DNA of 64,000 bases from an uncultured Candidatus Saccharibacteria bacterium (GTDB lineage Bacteria > Patescibacteriota > CPR2 > UBA1875 > CAIMLA01), in the NCBI GenBank assembly GCA_964594415.1, contig CAZQLQ010000004.1:19162-83161 (forward strand), written 5' to 3'. Position 1 is the stretch's first letter. Each line of letters starts with the position of its first letter. This document shows positions 1 to 9,693 of this stretch, one piece after another. Position numbers and translations under genes: made by a program. Under the pieces are notes generated by a model that did no database searches, was not told the origin of the DNA, and saw only the letters and a program-made list of their open reading frames with translations.

Positions 1-14
1 TGGAGAAGTAATAC

Positions 15-614
15 ATGAGTATGAAGCAAACAAATCAAAGAATCGGAATATTTATTGACGTACAGAATCTGTATTATTCCGCAAGAGCACTATACGGCGC
101 CAAAGTTAATTTTGCAGAGATAATCAAGACGGCTACCGCCGGCAGACAGCTTATAAGGGCAATTGCATATACAGTTAAAGCAGAGATGCCGGAAGAACAG
201 ATGTTTTTTGACGCATTGGAAAAACTCGGAATAGAAGTAAAGTCAAAGGAGTTACAAATATTCGTAAGCGGTAGAACAAAAGCCGATTGGGACGTCGGAA
301 TTGCTGTTGATATATTAAAGCTAGCGCCCAAGCTTGATTCAATAATATTATGTTCGGGAGACGGTGATTTTCAACTCCTAATGCATCATGCTAAAGCAGA
401 AGGGTGCAGGGCTGAAGTTATTTCTTTTGGCAAAAGCACATCTGCCAAATTGATTGAAGAGTCTGATGATTTTACCGATTTAGATCTTGAGCCTAACAAA
501 TATCTTTTAAAATATCATGGGCAAAAACCAGAGAATCAGCCAGAAAATAAGCAAAAAATCCAGCCACAACAGCAAAAATCCAATAAAATTGCGTTTTTCA
601 AGAAAAAACAATAA
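15..614 (+). CDS. NYN/LabA-like (PIN-fold) domain protein with Q/K-rich low-complexity C-terminal tail
   Basis: 199-aa ORF; N-terminal 'IGIFIDVQNLYYS…LCSGDGDF' block typical of NYN/LabA nuclease-like domains; GGAG ~9 nt upstream of ATG. Confidence 0.6.
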   Translation: MSMKQTNQRIGIFIDVQNLYYSARALYGAKVNFAEIIKTATAGRQLIRAIAYTVKAEMPEEQMFFDALEKLGIEVKSKELQIFVSGRTKADWDVGIAVDILKLAPKLDSIILCSGDGDFQLLMHHAKAEGCRAEVISFGKSTSAKLIEESDDFTDLDLEPNKYLLKYHGQKPENQPENKQKIQPQQQKSNKIAFFKKKQ

Positions 615-650
615 TTGAATTTTTGCCTTTTTTAGGCTAAAATAACTCAT

Positions 651-2069
651 ATGAAATATATAACGCGTTTTGCTCCAAGCCCAACCGGATTTATGCATGT
701 TGGTAATATGCGTACGGCTATTTTTGATTATTTAACTGCAAAATCTAGCGGCGGAAAGTTCCTTTTAAGGATTGAAGACACGGATAGAGAACGATTTATA
801 CCAGATGGAGTTCAGTATATCCACGACTGTTTAGGATGGATGGGGATTAAATATGATGGGGAAGTAATCTACCAATCAGACAGACTTCGTATTTATCAAG
901 AAAAAGCTAACGAGCTAGTAGAAAACGGCCTAGCCTATAAATGTTTTTGCTCTAAGGAAAGACTTGAAGAACTTAAAAATGAGCAGGAAAGAGAAAAGAA
1001 ACCTCCAGTTTACGATAGATGTTGCCTAAATCTAAAAAAAGAAGAAGTAGATAAAAAGACAGCAGAAAATGTGCCTTTTGTAATCCGTTTTAGAATCCCG
1101 GAAAAACCTGAGACAATCAGCTGGAATGATAAGATCAGGGATAAAGTAACGATTGCTACAAGTACGCTAGAGGATTTTATAATCATAAAGTCAGACGGTT
1201 GGCCAACTTATAATTTTGCAAACATAGTAGATGACCATGAATCAAAAATCACTTTAGTGATAAGAGGAGAGGAATTTGTTCCTTCAACTCCAAAACATAT
1301 ACTTTTATATCAAGCATTTGGTTGGGAACATCCAGAATTCGCACATATTCCGATAATAATAGGAAAAGACAAAACAAAGCTATCAAAGAGAAACGGCGAT
1401 ACCGCGCTGCTTGATTATAGAACCAAGGGATACCTGCCCGAAGCTTTATTGAATTTTCTAGTATTCTTGGGATGGAATCCCGGTACTGAAGAAGAGATAT
1501 TTAGTCTTTCTGAGCTTGAAGCGAAGTTTGACATTGAAAGGGTAGGGAAGTCTCCCGCAGTATTTGACATCGAGAGGCTGGACTGGATAAATGGAGTTTA
1601 TATACGCAATCTTTCAGTTGGTGAACTAAAAAACAAAATTATTGAATTTGATAATAGCTTTTCGAATGCAAATCAAGACTTATTGGACAAGATTATTACC
1701 GTTGAGCAAAGCAGGCTAAAAACACTTGCAGAATTTAAGGAAATAAGCGGTTTTTACTTTGATTTACCAAAATACAACAAAGATATGCTTGTTTTCAAGA
1801 AAAGCTCGCCAGAAGCCACCAAAAAAGGCCTGGAGGCCACCTTGACAGAGTTATCGGAGATTACTGCTGAAAATTGGGAAAAGCTGAACGTTGAAGAATT
1901 AAATGGCATTCTTTCAAGGATTGTTACTGCTAACAATTTAAACAATGCAGATGTTTTTTGGCCAATTAGGGTAGCATTATCGGGACAAGAAAGATCCGCA
2001 TCTCCCGCAGAACTTTTATGGGTGCTTGGGAAAGATGAATCAATAAAACGCATCCAAAACGCAATATAA
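651..2069 (+). CDS. gltX: glutamyl-tRNA synthetase (class I; possibly non-discriminating)
   Basis: 472 aa; HIGH-type motif 'PSPTGFMHVGNMRTA' and KMSKS-type 'KLSKRNG'; length and order typical of GluRS. Confidence 0.9.
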   Translation: MKYITRFAPSPTGFMHVGNMRTAIFDYLTAKSSGGKFLLRIEDTDRERFIPDGVQYIHDCLGWMGIKYDGEVIYQSDRLRIYQEKANELVENGLAYKCFCSKERLEELKNEQEREKKPPVYDRCCLNLKKEEVDKKTAENVPFVIRFRIPEKPETISWNDKIRDKVTIATSTLEDFIIIKSDGWPTYNFANIVDDHESKITLVIRGEEFVPSTPKHILLYQAFGWEHPEFAHIPIIIGKDKTKLSKRNGDTALLDYRTKGYLPEALLNFLVFLGWNPGTEEEIFSLSELEAKFDIERVGKSPAVFDIERLDWINGVYIRNLSVGELKNKIIEFDNSFSNANQDLLDKIITVEQSRLKTLAEFKEISGFYFDLPKYNKDMLVFKKSSPEATKKGLEATLTELSEITAENWEKLNVEELNGILSRIVTANNLNNADVFWPIRVALSGQERSASPAELLWVLGKDESIKRIQNAI

Positions 2070-2185
2070 TCTATCCTGTTTTTTTACGCACGTACAAGAA
2101 CCTCATTTTATTATTATTTGAGCTTGTATAAATTATAATCTTCTCAAACTTATCACTATGTTAGTAAAATATCTTTCGAGTACTA

Positions 2186-2740
2186 ATGCGAAGTGTTTAT
2201 TCAAGTAAACTGTTTCAATACTTGACAAAATCTTATAAAACTTATATACTCTCATCTGTTGGCCGAAAATTAGCTAAAAATTTTGGCTTGAAGATTGAAA
2301 AAATAAAAAGAAAGAGGTGTTTTTGTTTGCAAAATAACGAAAGCAAAAAGAAAAAAAGAAGACTGCCTCCCAATGAAGAACTTATCCAAAAAGCACTCTA
2401 CACAAAGATAGAGAGCTTATCTGGAAACCAAAGGGAAGTAGTTTGCATCGAACTAAGCTGGGTTGTTTATAACGAATCCGAGTTTGAGAGGGCGAAAAAA
2501 GATAGAAGGTATCTAATCAATGCTATAAAAGACAGCATTGAAAAACTAGGTTGGCTTGTAAACGAGCCAATTGTAAACCTTAAAGAAGGGAATCTGTTCC
2601 TGGTTTCGGGAATATGCAGATTCATTGCCCTAAAAGAGCTTGCAGAAGAAAGAAAGAGGCCAGCGGCAATATTTGTAAGAGTTTACAATAACTTACGCAA
2701 AAAAGATGTTGCTGCTATAAAGGAAGCCGATAATCTCTAA
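2186..2740 (+). CDS. hypothetical protein with ParB N-terminal (ParB/Srx-like) domain, no HTH
   Basis: 184 aa; C-terminal half 'LINAIKDSIEKLGWLVNEPIVNL…LVSGICRFIALKEL' resembles the ParB-N 'G.RR..A' core; start codon uncertain. Confidence 0.4.
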   Translation: MRSVYSSKLFQYLTKSYKTYILSSVGRKLAKNFGLKIEKIKRKRCFCLQNNESKKKKRRLPPNEELIQKALYTKIESLSGNQREVVCIELSWVVYNESEFERAKKDRRYLINAIKDSIEKLGWLVNEPIVNLKEGNLFLVSGICRFIALKELAEERKRPAAIFVRVYNNLRKKDVAAIKEADNL

Positions 2741-2773
2741 TCCTACTATATTGTTTATCCAGATATCTGGATG

Positions 2774-2801
2774 GCCAAAACGAAAAGTTTTGGCTTTTTT
2801 T
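2774..2801 (+). terminator. rho-independent terminator
   Basis: perfect 8-bp stem GCCAAAAC/GTTTTGGC, loop GAAAA, followed by a T7 run, directly after the 2186–2740 ORF. Confidence 0.7.
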
Positions 2802-2843
2802 ATTTATTAAATTCGGTTATTCTTATTTCATTAGAGGGTAAAT

Positions 2844-3590
2844 TTGAGCGAAATCTTTTCAGAAAACATGAGCACCTTATTTCTTGCAACCATATCAGGT
2901 TTTGCGACATTTCTTGGTGTTTTTCTGGGCAATGTAGGTAAAAAAACCAAAGTGAAGATTGTCTTCGGTTCTAGTTTTGCGGCAGGAATTATGATACTAA
3001 TCTCAATTTTCGAACTAATACCAGAATCGACAAGAAATATTGGTAGCAAATCATTATTTTGGGTATTTGTTGGATTCTCTTCTATCTTTGTTATCAATAA
3101 GATACTGCCTCATATACACACATTAAAGGGAATAAAAAATTGTAACGAAAAATGCATGAGAAGAATGTCTTATCTTCTAGCAATAGGTATGATACTGCAT
3201 GACTTTCCCGAGGGGTTTGCGATATCAAGCTCCTTTGGGGCTTCTTCACAGCTCGGAATGACCATAGTAATTGCTACCTTCATTCACAATATACCCGAAG
3301 GATATATTCTAACAATCGCTTCATCAAAGAAAAAAAATATCAGCTTCACTTATAAGTCTGCTTTTTTATCTTCGCTAGCAACTCTCTCGGGTGCTATTTT
3401 AGGAGTTTATTTAGCCAGCGTCTTCAATTCGATAAACCCTTATTTTCTTGCGATTGCAGCTGGCGTAATGCTCTTTATCTCAATAAGTGAAATTATACCG
3501 ACTAGCCTAAAAAACGGACACAATAAAGTTTTCAATATCGGGGTAGCAACTGCGCTAGTACTATTTATTACTCTTAATATTGCTTTTTAG
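2844..3590 (+). CDS. zupT: ZIP-family zinc transporter
   Basis: 248 aa polytopic membrane protein; paired metal-binding motifs 'HDFPEGFAISSSF' and 'HNIPEGYILTIAS'; probable TTG start after GAGGGTA. Confidence 0.8.
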   Translation: MSEIFSENMSTLFLATISGFATFLGVFLGNVGKKTKVKIVFGSSFAAGIMILISIFELIPESTRNIGSKSLFWVFVGFSSIFVINKILPHIHTLKGIKNCNEKCMRRMSYLLAIGMILHDFPEGFAISSSFGASSQLGMTIVIATFIHNIPEGYILTIASSKKKNISFTYKSAFLSSLATLSGAILGVYLASVFNSINPYFLAIAAGVMLFISISEIIPTSLKNGHNKVFNIGVATALVLFITLNIAF

Positions 3591-3651
3591 AGCCGTTCTC
3601 GATTATTGAAAAAAAGATGGAAATAAGTTATTATTTGTAAACTAAAAACAT

Positions 3652-3725
3652 TCCGGGATCGTCTAATGGTAGGACAACAGGTTCTGGTCCTGTTTATCTG
3701 GGTTCGAATCCTAGTCCCGGAGCCA
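3652..3725 (+). tRNA. tRNA-Gln (anticodon CTG)
   Basis: cloverleaf TCCGGGA/TCCCGGA acceptor, D stem GTCT/GGAC, anticodon loop TTCTGGT, T-loop TTCGAAT, encoded CCA. Confidence 0.8.
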
Positions 3726-3896
3726 AATTATATTCTGCGAGTTTATTGCCTCGGCGCTACGCGTCTTGCAGATAGACGTAAACAGACAGGGAAGAGAAAC
3801 CTAGATCTTTAGCGTCAGGATTTTTGTAGGAAAGAATCGGATTTCAATCAGAGCGTAGGACTTATACTAAAGCCGATTAGTTCGGTTTTTTTTGAT

Positions 3897-4286
3897 TTGA
3901 AAGTTTGGAGCCAAATAGAATATAATAATGTTATGAAAGAAAACTTAATTGAAGGAATTAAAAAGTTTTTTAGCTGTTGTTTCGGCTTATTAATACTTGT
4001 CGGAATAATTACATTGGGAATGAAATATCAAAAATCCAGAGAAGATAAATTCCCATGGAAGGGAACATTTTATAGGATAGACAACGATTTCACAACGCTG
4101 ATTGACTCAGGAGACTTTGAATCACTAGAAAAATGTAGAAGTTGGGCCGACGAAAGAGCCGATCATTTCGGTCTAAATGATAACGAGTTCGATTATTCGT
4201 GTGGAACAGGCTGTACTTATAAAGACAATGAGGTAGTTGACGGAAAAAAGGTTAACAACTATGAATGCAGCGAAATTACCAAGTAA
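3897..4286 (+). CDS. hypothetical small membrane-anchored Cys-rich protein
   Basis: 129-aa ORF; hydrophobic segment 'CCFGLLILVGIITLG' then soluble part with 5 Cys; no recognisable family. Confidence 0.4.
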   Translation: MKVWSQIEYNNVMKENLIEGIKKFFSCCFGLLILVGIITLGMKYQKSREDKFPWKGTFYRIDNDFTTLIDSGDFESLEKCRSWADERADHFGLNDNEFDYSCGTGCTYKDNEVVDGKKVNNYECSEITK

Positions 4287-4403
4287 GGCTGATTATTTTT
4301 TCTTTGAGAAAACTTTAAAACAAATAAATTCCATTAATGAAATAAAAAAATATATTACGACTTCAAATAACGCTATATTTAAATCATAATCAAATATTTG
4401 TAT

Positions 4404-4532
4404 TTACAGAGTTCTCGTTATAAGCAGGTTTGAATTGTCAGGCGATGCATAAAAGGAATAGAAGACAAATAATACTGAAGCAAAAAAAGAGATAATTAAC
4501 CTTTTTTTTGATATAAAGTTCCATTTTTTCAT
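4404..4532 (-). CDS. candidate 42-aa hydrophobic micro-protein (MKKWNFISKKRLIISFFASVLFVFYSFYASPDNSNLLITRTL)
   Basis: not in ORF track (too short); GGAGGGTG Shine-Dalgarno 3 nt upstream of ATG; one predicted TM helix; lies in AT-rich non-coding stretch downstream of tRNA-Gln. Confidence 0.25.
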   Translation of the reverse strand: MKKWNFISKKRLIISFFASVLFVFYSFYASPDNSNLLITRTL

Positions 4533-4615
4533 ACACCCTCCAATTTACTATTATTCTACAATAAAAAATAAAATATAGTTAGCAGAACCTCTAATTTGTA
4601 AGATATAATAGGCTC

Positions 4616-5227
4616 ATGAACGAAAACACTAAAAAGATATTAGGTAGTAAAAAGTTATATTTTTCAATTTGTTTATTATTGATTGCGCTAATTACAAATT
4701 TTACTAGCACGAATATAATTAGTGCTTACTTTCCGGAGAGAACAGCCGCTCCTGATTTGCTTTTTAAACTGACTCCTTACATCGGCTGGACTCAGTATTG
4801 GACCGATATTGCTAATATCCTAAGCGTAGTCTTACTAGCTATCTATGCTTTTACTAAAAAAAGAGCAAACAAGATCCCCTGGATCATAACTACTTTTGCA
4901 ACAATGGAAATTTTACGAGGGTTCATTATAATTCTCACTCCGCTAGGCGGTCCTTTGGGAAACGAGATGAACTATGGACTGACAACTATCCATCAATATG
5001 GAGAATTTCCATCGGGTCATTTTGCAACTGCAATAATTTGTTATTATTTTATCGACAGAGCCTCGGCTCCGATCCTAAACAAATTAGCATTTGCTCTTAT
5101 TATCATAGAAGGAGTGTGTCTGATATTGTCTAGAGGACACTATTCCATTGATCTAGTGGGCGGATTTATGCTTTCTTATATTGTTTACAAACTAATAGAA
5201 AAACATAAGCAAAAACTAATAATTTAA
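4616..5227 (+). CDS. PAP2-superfamily membrane phosphatase (PAP2_C / sphingomyelin-synthase-like)
   Basis: 203 aa, multi-TM; 'PSGHFATAI' and 'SRGHYSIDLVGG' correspond to PAP2 motifs 2 and 3. Confidence 0.55.
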   Translation: MNENTKKILGSKKLYFSICLLLIALITNFTSTNIISAYFPERTAAPDLLFKLTPYIGWTQYWTDIANILSVVLLAIYAFTKKRANKIPWIITTFATMEILRGFIIILTPLGGPLGNEMNYGLTTIHQYGEFPSGHFATAIICYYFIDRASAPILNKLAFALIIIEGVCLILSRGHYSIDLVGGFMLSYIVYKLIEKHKQKLII

Positions 5228-5231
5228 TTAG

Positions 5232-5849
5232 ATGCATATAAATTTCGAATTAATAATGGATTGGGTAATTCAATACAAGTACTGGATTATTTTTCCTTTA
5301 GTAGTAATTGAGGGTCCGATGGTAACAATTATATCGGGGTTACTAGCTTCGCTAGGGTATTTAAATTTTTTTATAGCATTTCCTGTAATATTTGCAGCTG
5401 ATATAACAAGCGATTCAATTTATTATTTTTTAGGTAGGTGGGGAAGAGACAGATTTCACAAAAAAAACAACAGCTTTATCGGGATAAAAAGCAGGCAAAT
5501 CGTTAAGCTGGAACGACACTTTGAGAAGCATGGCGGAAAGACTTTGATAATTGGAAAATATATGCACCTTTTTATTATTCCTATAATGATATCGGCGGGT
5601 ATGGCAAAAATACGCTATTTGAAATTTCTTTTTTTTGTTTTAATTGGAAATCTTCCGAAGTCCTTAATCTTAATTTTAGTGGGATTTTATTTTGGCTCTG
5701 GCTACCTAATCATTAAACACTATCTAGATATCTCATCAGCTGTTACAATAGTTACCGTACTTTTTATTTCTTTAGCTTATCTAATCTACAAAATATTTTT
5801 AAAGAATGAAAAATTAATAAATAAACAATTTAAAAAACTTTGGGAATAA
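5232..5849 (+). CDS. DedA/VTT-family membrane protein
   Basis: 205 aa, multi-TM; 'VVIEGPMVTIISGLLAS…LGRWGRDRF' resembles the DedA/SNARE-associated core; immediately follows PAP2 gene. Confidence 0.5.
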   Translation: MHINFELIMDWVIQYKYWIIFPLVVIEGPMVTIISGLLASLGYLNFFIAFPVIFAADITSDSIYYFLGRWGRDRFHKKNNSFIGIKSRQIVKLERHFEKHGGKTLIIGKYMHLFIIPIMISAGMAKIRYLKFLFFVLIGNLPKSLILILVGFYFGSGYLIIKHYLDISSAVTIVTVLFISLAYLIYKIFLKNEKLINKQFKKLWE

Positions 5850-5851
5850 AA

Positions 5852-7228
5852 ATGAAAAAGAAAATTGATTACTATTTTATAGGAATCGGGGGGATTGGGA
5901 TGAGCGGCCTTGCAAATATTTTATTTGAGCAAGGGTATAAAATTGCGGGCTCAGACATAAACAAAAATGAAGAAACTTACAAACTTGAAGAAAAGGGCAT
6001 TACTATCAATTATTCTCATATGTCAAAAAATATAAACAACGACATTCAGAATGTAGTCACAACAGCAGCCATTAGGTCTGACAATCCGGAAATTCTTGAA
6101 GCCAACAGATTAGGTATTAACATTATCTCAAGACCTCAGCTTTTGAACAAAATTATTACTCAGAATAAAGCAATCGCCATAACAGGAACTCACGGAAAAA
6201 CTACTACTACTTCAATGATCTCATTGATTTTAGAAGCGGCAAATCTAGACCCTACTATTATTGTAGGTGCAGAGGTAAGTAATATCCACGGAAATTCGAA
6301 GCTTGGGAAAGGAGAGTATTCGGTAGCAGAAGTTTGCGAATATCAAAAGGCCTTTCTAGAGATATATCCCTATATTGCGATTATTACAAATATTGAAGAA
6401 GACCACCTAGACTGTTACAAAGATCTGGAAGACATAGTAGATGCATTCAAGGGATTTGTCCAAAATATTAATAAAAAAGGGCTTTTAGTAGCTTGTGGAG
6501 ATAATATTAACTCCTCTAGGGTTCTAAAAAGTTTCGCCGGCGAGAAAACTAGTTACGGGTTTAATAACAACAATGATTGGAGAGCTGTTAATGTATCCGC
6601 CGAAAACGAAAAAACAGTATTTACCGTTACCCATAACGATGTCGTGATAAGTGATTTTTCATTGAAAGTCCCTGGCGAACACAATGTTTTAAATGCCCTT
6701 GCTGCAATAATAGTTGCCAAAAAAATAGGAATTGATAATAAGACCATTCAAGCCACCTTGTCTTCTTTTTCGGGCGCAGATAGAAGATTCCAGATACTAG
6801 GTAAATACAAAGAAGCGACAATCATTGACGACTACGCTCATCATCCAACAGAAATTATTGCTACGCTAAGGGGCGCAAGGCAGTTTTACCCAAATTTAAG
6901 AATAATCGCCGTTTTCCAACCGCACCAACATTGTAGAACTAAATTTTTGCTCAAAGAGTTTAGCGAAGCATTCACTGATGCCGATATAGTGATAATGCCG
7001 GAAATATATGCGGTCAGAGATACTCGTGAGGATATTGAAAGTGTTTCTTCAAAAGATGTCGTAGATATGATAAACAAAATCACACCCGAGAAAGCAATTT
7101 TTATCAGAGACTTTGAGCAGGTTGAAGATTATTTGGAGAAAATCATACAAAAAGACGATATAATTCTGACCATCGGAGCAGGACCAGTTGATAAAATAGG
7201 GAAGACGCTACTTGAGAAATCAAAATAG
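5852..7228 (+). CDS. murC: UDP-N-acetylmuramate–L-alanine ligase
   Basis: 'HFIGIGGIGMSGLA' Rossmann motif and 'ITGTHGKTTTTSMI' Mur-ligase P-loop; ATG at 5852 preferred over upstream TTG at 5840. Confidence 0.9.
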   Translation: MKKKIDYYFIGIGGIGMSGLANILFEQGYKIAGSDINKNEETYKLEEKGITINYSHMSKNINNDIQNVVTTAAIRSDNPEILEANRLGINIISRPQLLNKIITQNKAIAITGTHGKTTTTSMISLILEAANLDPTIIVGAEVSNIHGNSKLGKGEYSVAEVCEYQKAFLEIYPYIAIITNIEEDHLDCYKDLEDIVDAFKGFVQNINKKGLLVACGDNINSSRVLKSFAGEKTSYGFNNNNDWRAVNVSAENEKTVFTVTHNDVVISDFSLKVPGEHNVLNALAAIIVAKKIGIDNKTIQATLSSFSGADRRFQILGKYKEATIIDDYAHHPTEIIATLRGARQFYPNLRIIAVFQPHQHCRTKFLLKEFSEAFTDADIVIMPEIYAVRDTREDIESVSSKDVVDMINKITPEKAIFIRDFEQVEDYLEKIIQKDDIILTIGAGPVDKIGKTLLEKSK

Positions 7229-7251
7229 TTTATGTTATATTTGTTTAAGCA

Positions 7252-8121
7252 ATGAATACAAATAAGAAAAGTAAAAGTTTATTGATGTCTTTTTTGCATG
7301 TTTTCATACCCCTAAAAGGGAATGGTTTCAGACCACACGCGATCAGACATAAACCTCTTTCCATCTATTCCTTGGGGCTGATACTGTCACAGCTACTTTT
7401 TGGCATTTATAGCTTGGGGCCTTCTGTCCTAATTGAAGACCCATTAGCTATGAGCAAGGAAATTATTACTTTGACCAATCAGGAACGTTCTGCTCGGGGA
7501 ATCTCCGTACTTAGCGAAAACGAAAAACTCGATCAAGCTGCTCGTGAGAAACTAATAGACATGTTTGATAATAATTATTGGGATCATAAATCACCGGACG
7601 GTAAACAGGCCTGGGACTTCATTCGAAGCGAGAATTATGACTATTTATTAGCAGGCGAAAATTTAGCGAAAGGGTTCAATAAATCGACTACAGTGGTTGA
7701 AGCTTGGATGAATAGCGAAACCCATAAAGCAAATATAGTTAATGCGAATTTTAAACAAATCGGTGTTGCTATCGGAACAGGAGTCATCGACGGACAAGAC
7801 GTAATACTGATAGTACAGGTATTTGCTACGCCAAAAGGCCAAGCCGTTGCCTCAAATACTGGAGGAACCGATAATGCCTTAGTTCTAGGACAGGCAATTA
7901 ACAAATACAACCTCTATCTAGAAAATGCTGGCCTCCCAGAAAAAATCCCTTACCTGATGACTTGGACTATTTTATTCTCATTAATTATATTTGATGGCGT
8001 TATGCTAAGAAAAGGCAACTTACACAAATCGCGAAAACATCTTTTTGCCTTTAGATCGGCCTTATTTATAAACGGCTTGGCCTTGCTTTTACTTTGTGTA
8101 AACATTAGCGCTGTTCTCTAA
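7252..8121 (+). CDS. CAP/SCP/PR-1 (YkwD-like) domain protein with C-terminal membrane anchor
   Basis: 289 aa; 'YWDHKSPDG…GENLAKGF…EAWMNSETHKANI' CAP-domain signature; hydrophobic N- and C-terminal segments. Confidence 0.6.
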   Translation: MNTNKKSKSLLMSFLHVFIPLKGNGFRPHAIRHKPLSIYSLGLILSQLLFGIYSLGPSVLIEDPLAMSKEIITLTNQERSARGISVLSENEKLDQAAREKLIDMFDNNYWDHKSPDGKQAWDFIRSENYDYLLAGENLAKGFNKSTTVVEAWMNSETHKANIVNANFKQIGVAIGTGVIDGQDVILIVQVFATPKGQAVASNTGGTDNALVLGQAINKYNLYLENAGLPEKIPYLMTWTILFSLIIFDGVMLRKGNLHKSRKHLFAFRSALFINGLALLLLCVNISAVL

Positions 8122-8153
8122 TTATAAAACTTATGAAATAACGAAAGGAGTAC

Positions 8154-9056
8154 ATGTACGATTTAGCTATTATTGGAGCCGGGCCAGCCGGTCTTACCGC
8201 CGCTGTTTACGCGCATAGATATAAAATGAATCTTATTTTAATCGGGAAGACACCGGGCGGTTATGTTTCAGACGCACATATGGTTGGAAATTGGTTGGGA
8301 GAAACAAATATACCAGGTCATGAACTTTCAAAAAAATTTTTGAATCATGTAGAAGATCTTGAAATACCCTTTGAGAAATCAGACGTAAAAGATGTAGAGA
8401 AAAAGGGTAACGATTTTTTGATTACAGTTTCCGGAGGGAAAGAGATTTTAGCCAAAAGAATAATAATTGCTACTGGAACCAAGAGAAGCAAATTAAATGT
8501 AAAAGGAGAAGAAGAATTTCTTGGGAAGGGAGTTTCGTACTGTGCTACCTGTGACGCATTTTTTTACAGAAAGAAAACAGTTGCAGTAATTGGAGGAGGA
8601 GATTCGGCTCTTACAGCGGCTATTTACTTATCCGACTTGGCGGAAAAAGTCTACATAATTCAACGTGAAAATCTGTTTACCGCAGAACAAATTTGGCAAG
8701 ATAAAGTAAACGATACTAAAAATATTGAGTCAATGTTCGGAATAAGTGTAGACGAAATTGTTGGCGATAAATTAGTGGAAAAGATCAAAACCTCAGACGG
8801 ACGGGAAATTCTTGTAAATGGCATTTTTGTTGAAATAGGTTCTGCGCCGGTTGGAGAATTAATAAGAAATTTAGAGATAAAAACAGACGATTACGGCTAT
8901 GTAGTAGTAAACGAAAAACAAGAAACAAATGTTCCCGGTGTTTGGGCAGCTGGTGATATTACCACAGGGTCAAATAAGCTAAAACAAATAATTACGGCAG
9001 CCGCTGAGGGAGCAATCGCAGCCAATAGTTGCTATATGAATTCCAAAAAAGACTAG
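8154..9056 (+). CDS. trxB: thioredoxin-disulfide reductase
   Basis: 300 aa; 'AIIGAGPAGLTAA' FAD motif, redox 'CATCDAFF' (CxxC), 'GGGDSA' NADPH motif; AAAGGAG SD. Confidence 0.9.
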   Translation: MYDLAIIGAGPAGLTAAVYAHRYKMNLILIGKTPGGYVSDAHMVGNWLGETNIPGHELSKKFLNHVEDLEIPFEKSDVKDVEKKGNDFLITVSGGKEILAKRIIIATGTKRSKLNVKGEEEFLGKGVSYCATCDAFFYRKKTVAVIGGGDSALTAAIYLSDLAEKVYIIQRENLFTAEQIWQDKVNDTKNIESMFGISVDEIVGDKLVEKIKTSDGREILVNGIFVEIGSAPVGELIRNLEIKTDDYGYVVVNEKQETNVPGVWAAGDITTGSNKLKQIITAAAEGAIAANSCYMNSKKD

Positions 9057-9057
9057 T

Positions 9058-9089
9058 ATTTATTTGGCTTTACAGAGCCAAATAAATGA
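9058..9089. terminator. perfect 12-bp inverted repeat hairpin (possible bidirectional terminator, no U-tract)
   Basis: ATTTATTTGGCT-ttacaga-GCCAAATAAAT directly after trxB stop. Confidence 0.35.
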
Positions 9090-9209
9090 ATAATGAGCAC
9101 TATTGATAAGTAATTATATGTAATTTGTGCTTGACAAGAATATTCAAATAGTCCATCTTATACTTAGTGGGCTAATAAAGTCACAAAACTTTTGAAAGGA
9201 GGTGGAAAA

Positions 9210-9359
9210 ATGACAGAAGCATATTGCGTAAAATGCAAAGCAAAACGCGAAATGAAAGACGCACAAGAAGTTACCATGAAAAATGGACGTCCAGCGATGA
9301 AGGGAGTTTGTCCAGTTTGCGGTACCGGAATGTACAAAATTCTTTCTACAAAGAAATAA
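9210..9359 (+). CDS. small Cys4 zinc-ribbon protein (DUF5679-like), 49 aa: MTEAYCVKCKAKREMKDAQEVTMKNGRPAMKGVCPVCGTGMYKILSTKK
   Basis: missing from ORF track (short); GGAGG SD 7 nt upstream; CxxC…CxxC; followed by a clean terminator; overlapping 75-aa minus-strand ORF looks spurious. Confidence 0.6.
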   Translation: MTEAYCVKCKAKREMKDAQEVTMKNGRPAMKGVCPVCGTGMYKILSTKK

Positions 9360-9377
9360 ACTAGGATTCATATAAAT

Positions 9378-9408
9378 AATCCCTCGTAATTACGAGGGAT
9401 TATTTGAT
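9378..9408 (+). terminator. rho-independent terminator
   Basis: 11-bp perfect palindrome ATCCCTCGTAA/TTACGAGGGAT followed by TATTTGATT. Confidence 0.6.
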
Positions 9409-9451
9409 TATAAGGATTTTTTTTGCTATAATTCATTGGTTAGAAATCTAT

Positions 9452-9526
9452 GGTCCCATCGTCTAGTGGTTAGGACGCCAGGTTCTCATCCTGGTAACAG
9501 GGGTTCGACTCCCCTTGGGACTACCA
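9452..9526 (+). tRNA. tRNA-Glu (anticodon CTC)
   Basis: GGTCCCA acceptor, D arm GTCTAGTGGTTAGGAC, anticodon loop TTCTCAT, T arm GGGGTTCGACTCCCC, encoded CCA. Confidence 0.85.
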
Positions 9527-9560
9527 AAGAAAACACATCACCGCAAGGTGGTGTTTTTTC
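9509..9560 (+). repeat. direct repeat copy 1: tRNA-Glu 3' 17 nt + downstream hairpin/T-run
   Basis: ctccccttgggactaccaaagaaaacacatcaccgcaaggtggtgtttttt; near-identical copy 185 bp downstream. Confidence 0.8.
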
Positions 9561-9693
9561 TTTGGTAATTTCGGGATGGCGAACCCCTGTCCTGAACAGA
9601 AACAACACGTTTTAACAAGTTAGATAAAAGCAAAATAAAAAAAGTGAGATTTAAAAAAGTTAATTTGATAGCGGTGAGAGCGGCTTGCCGCTA

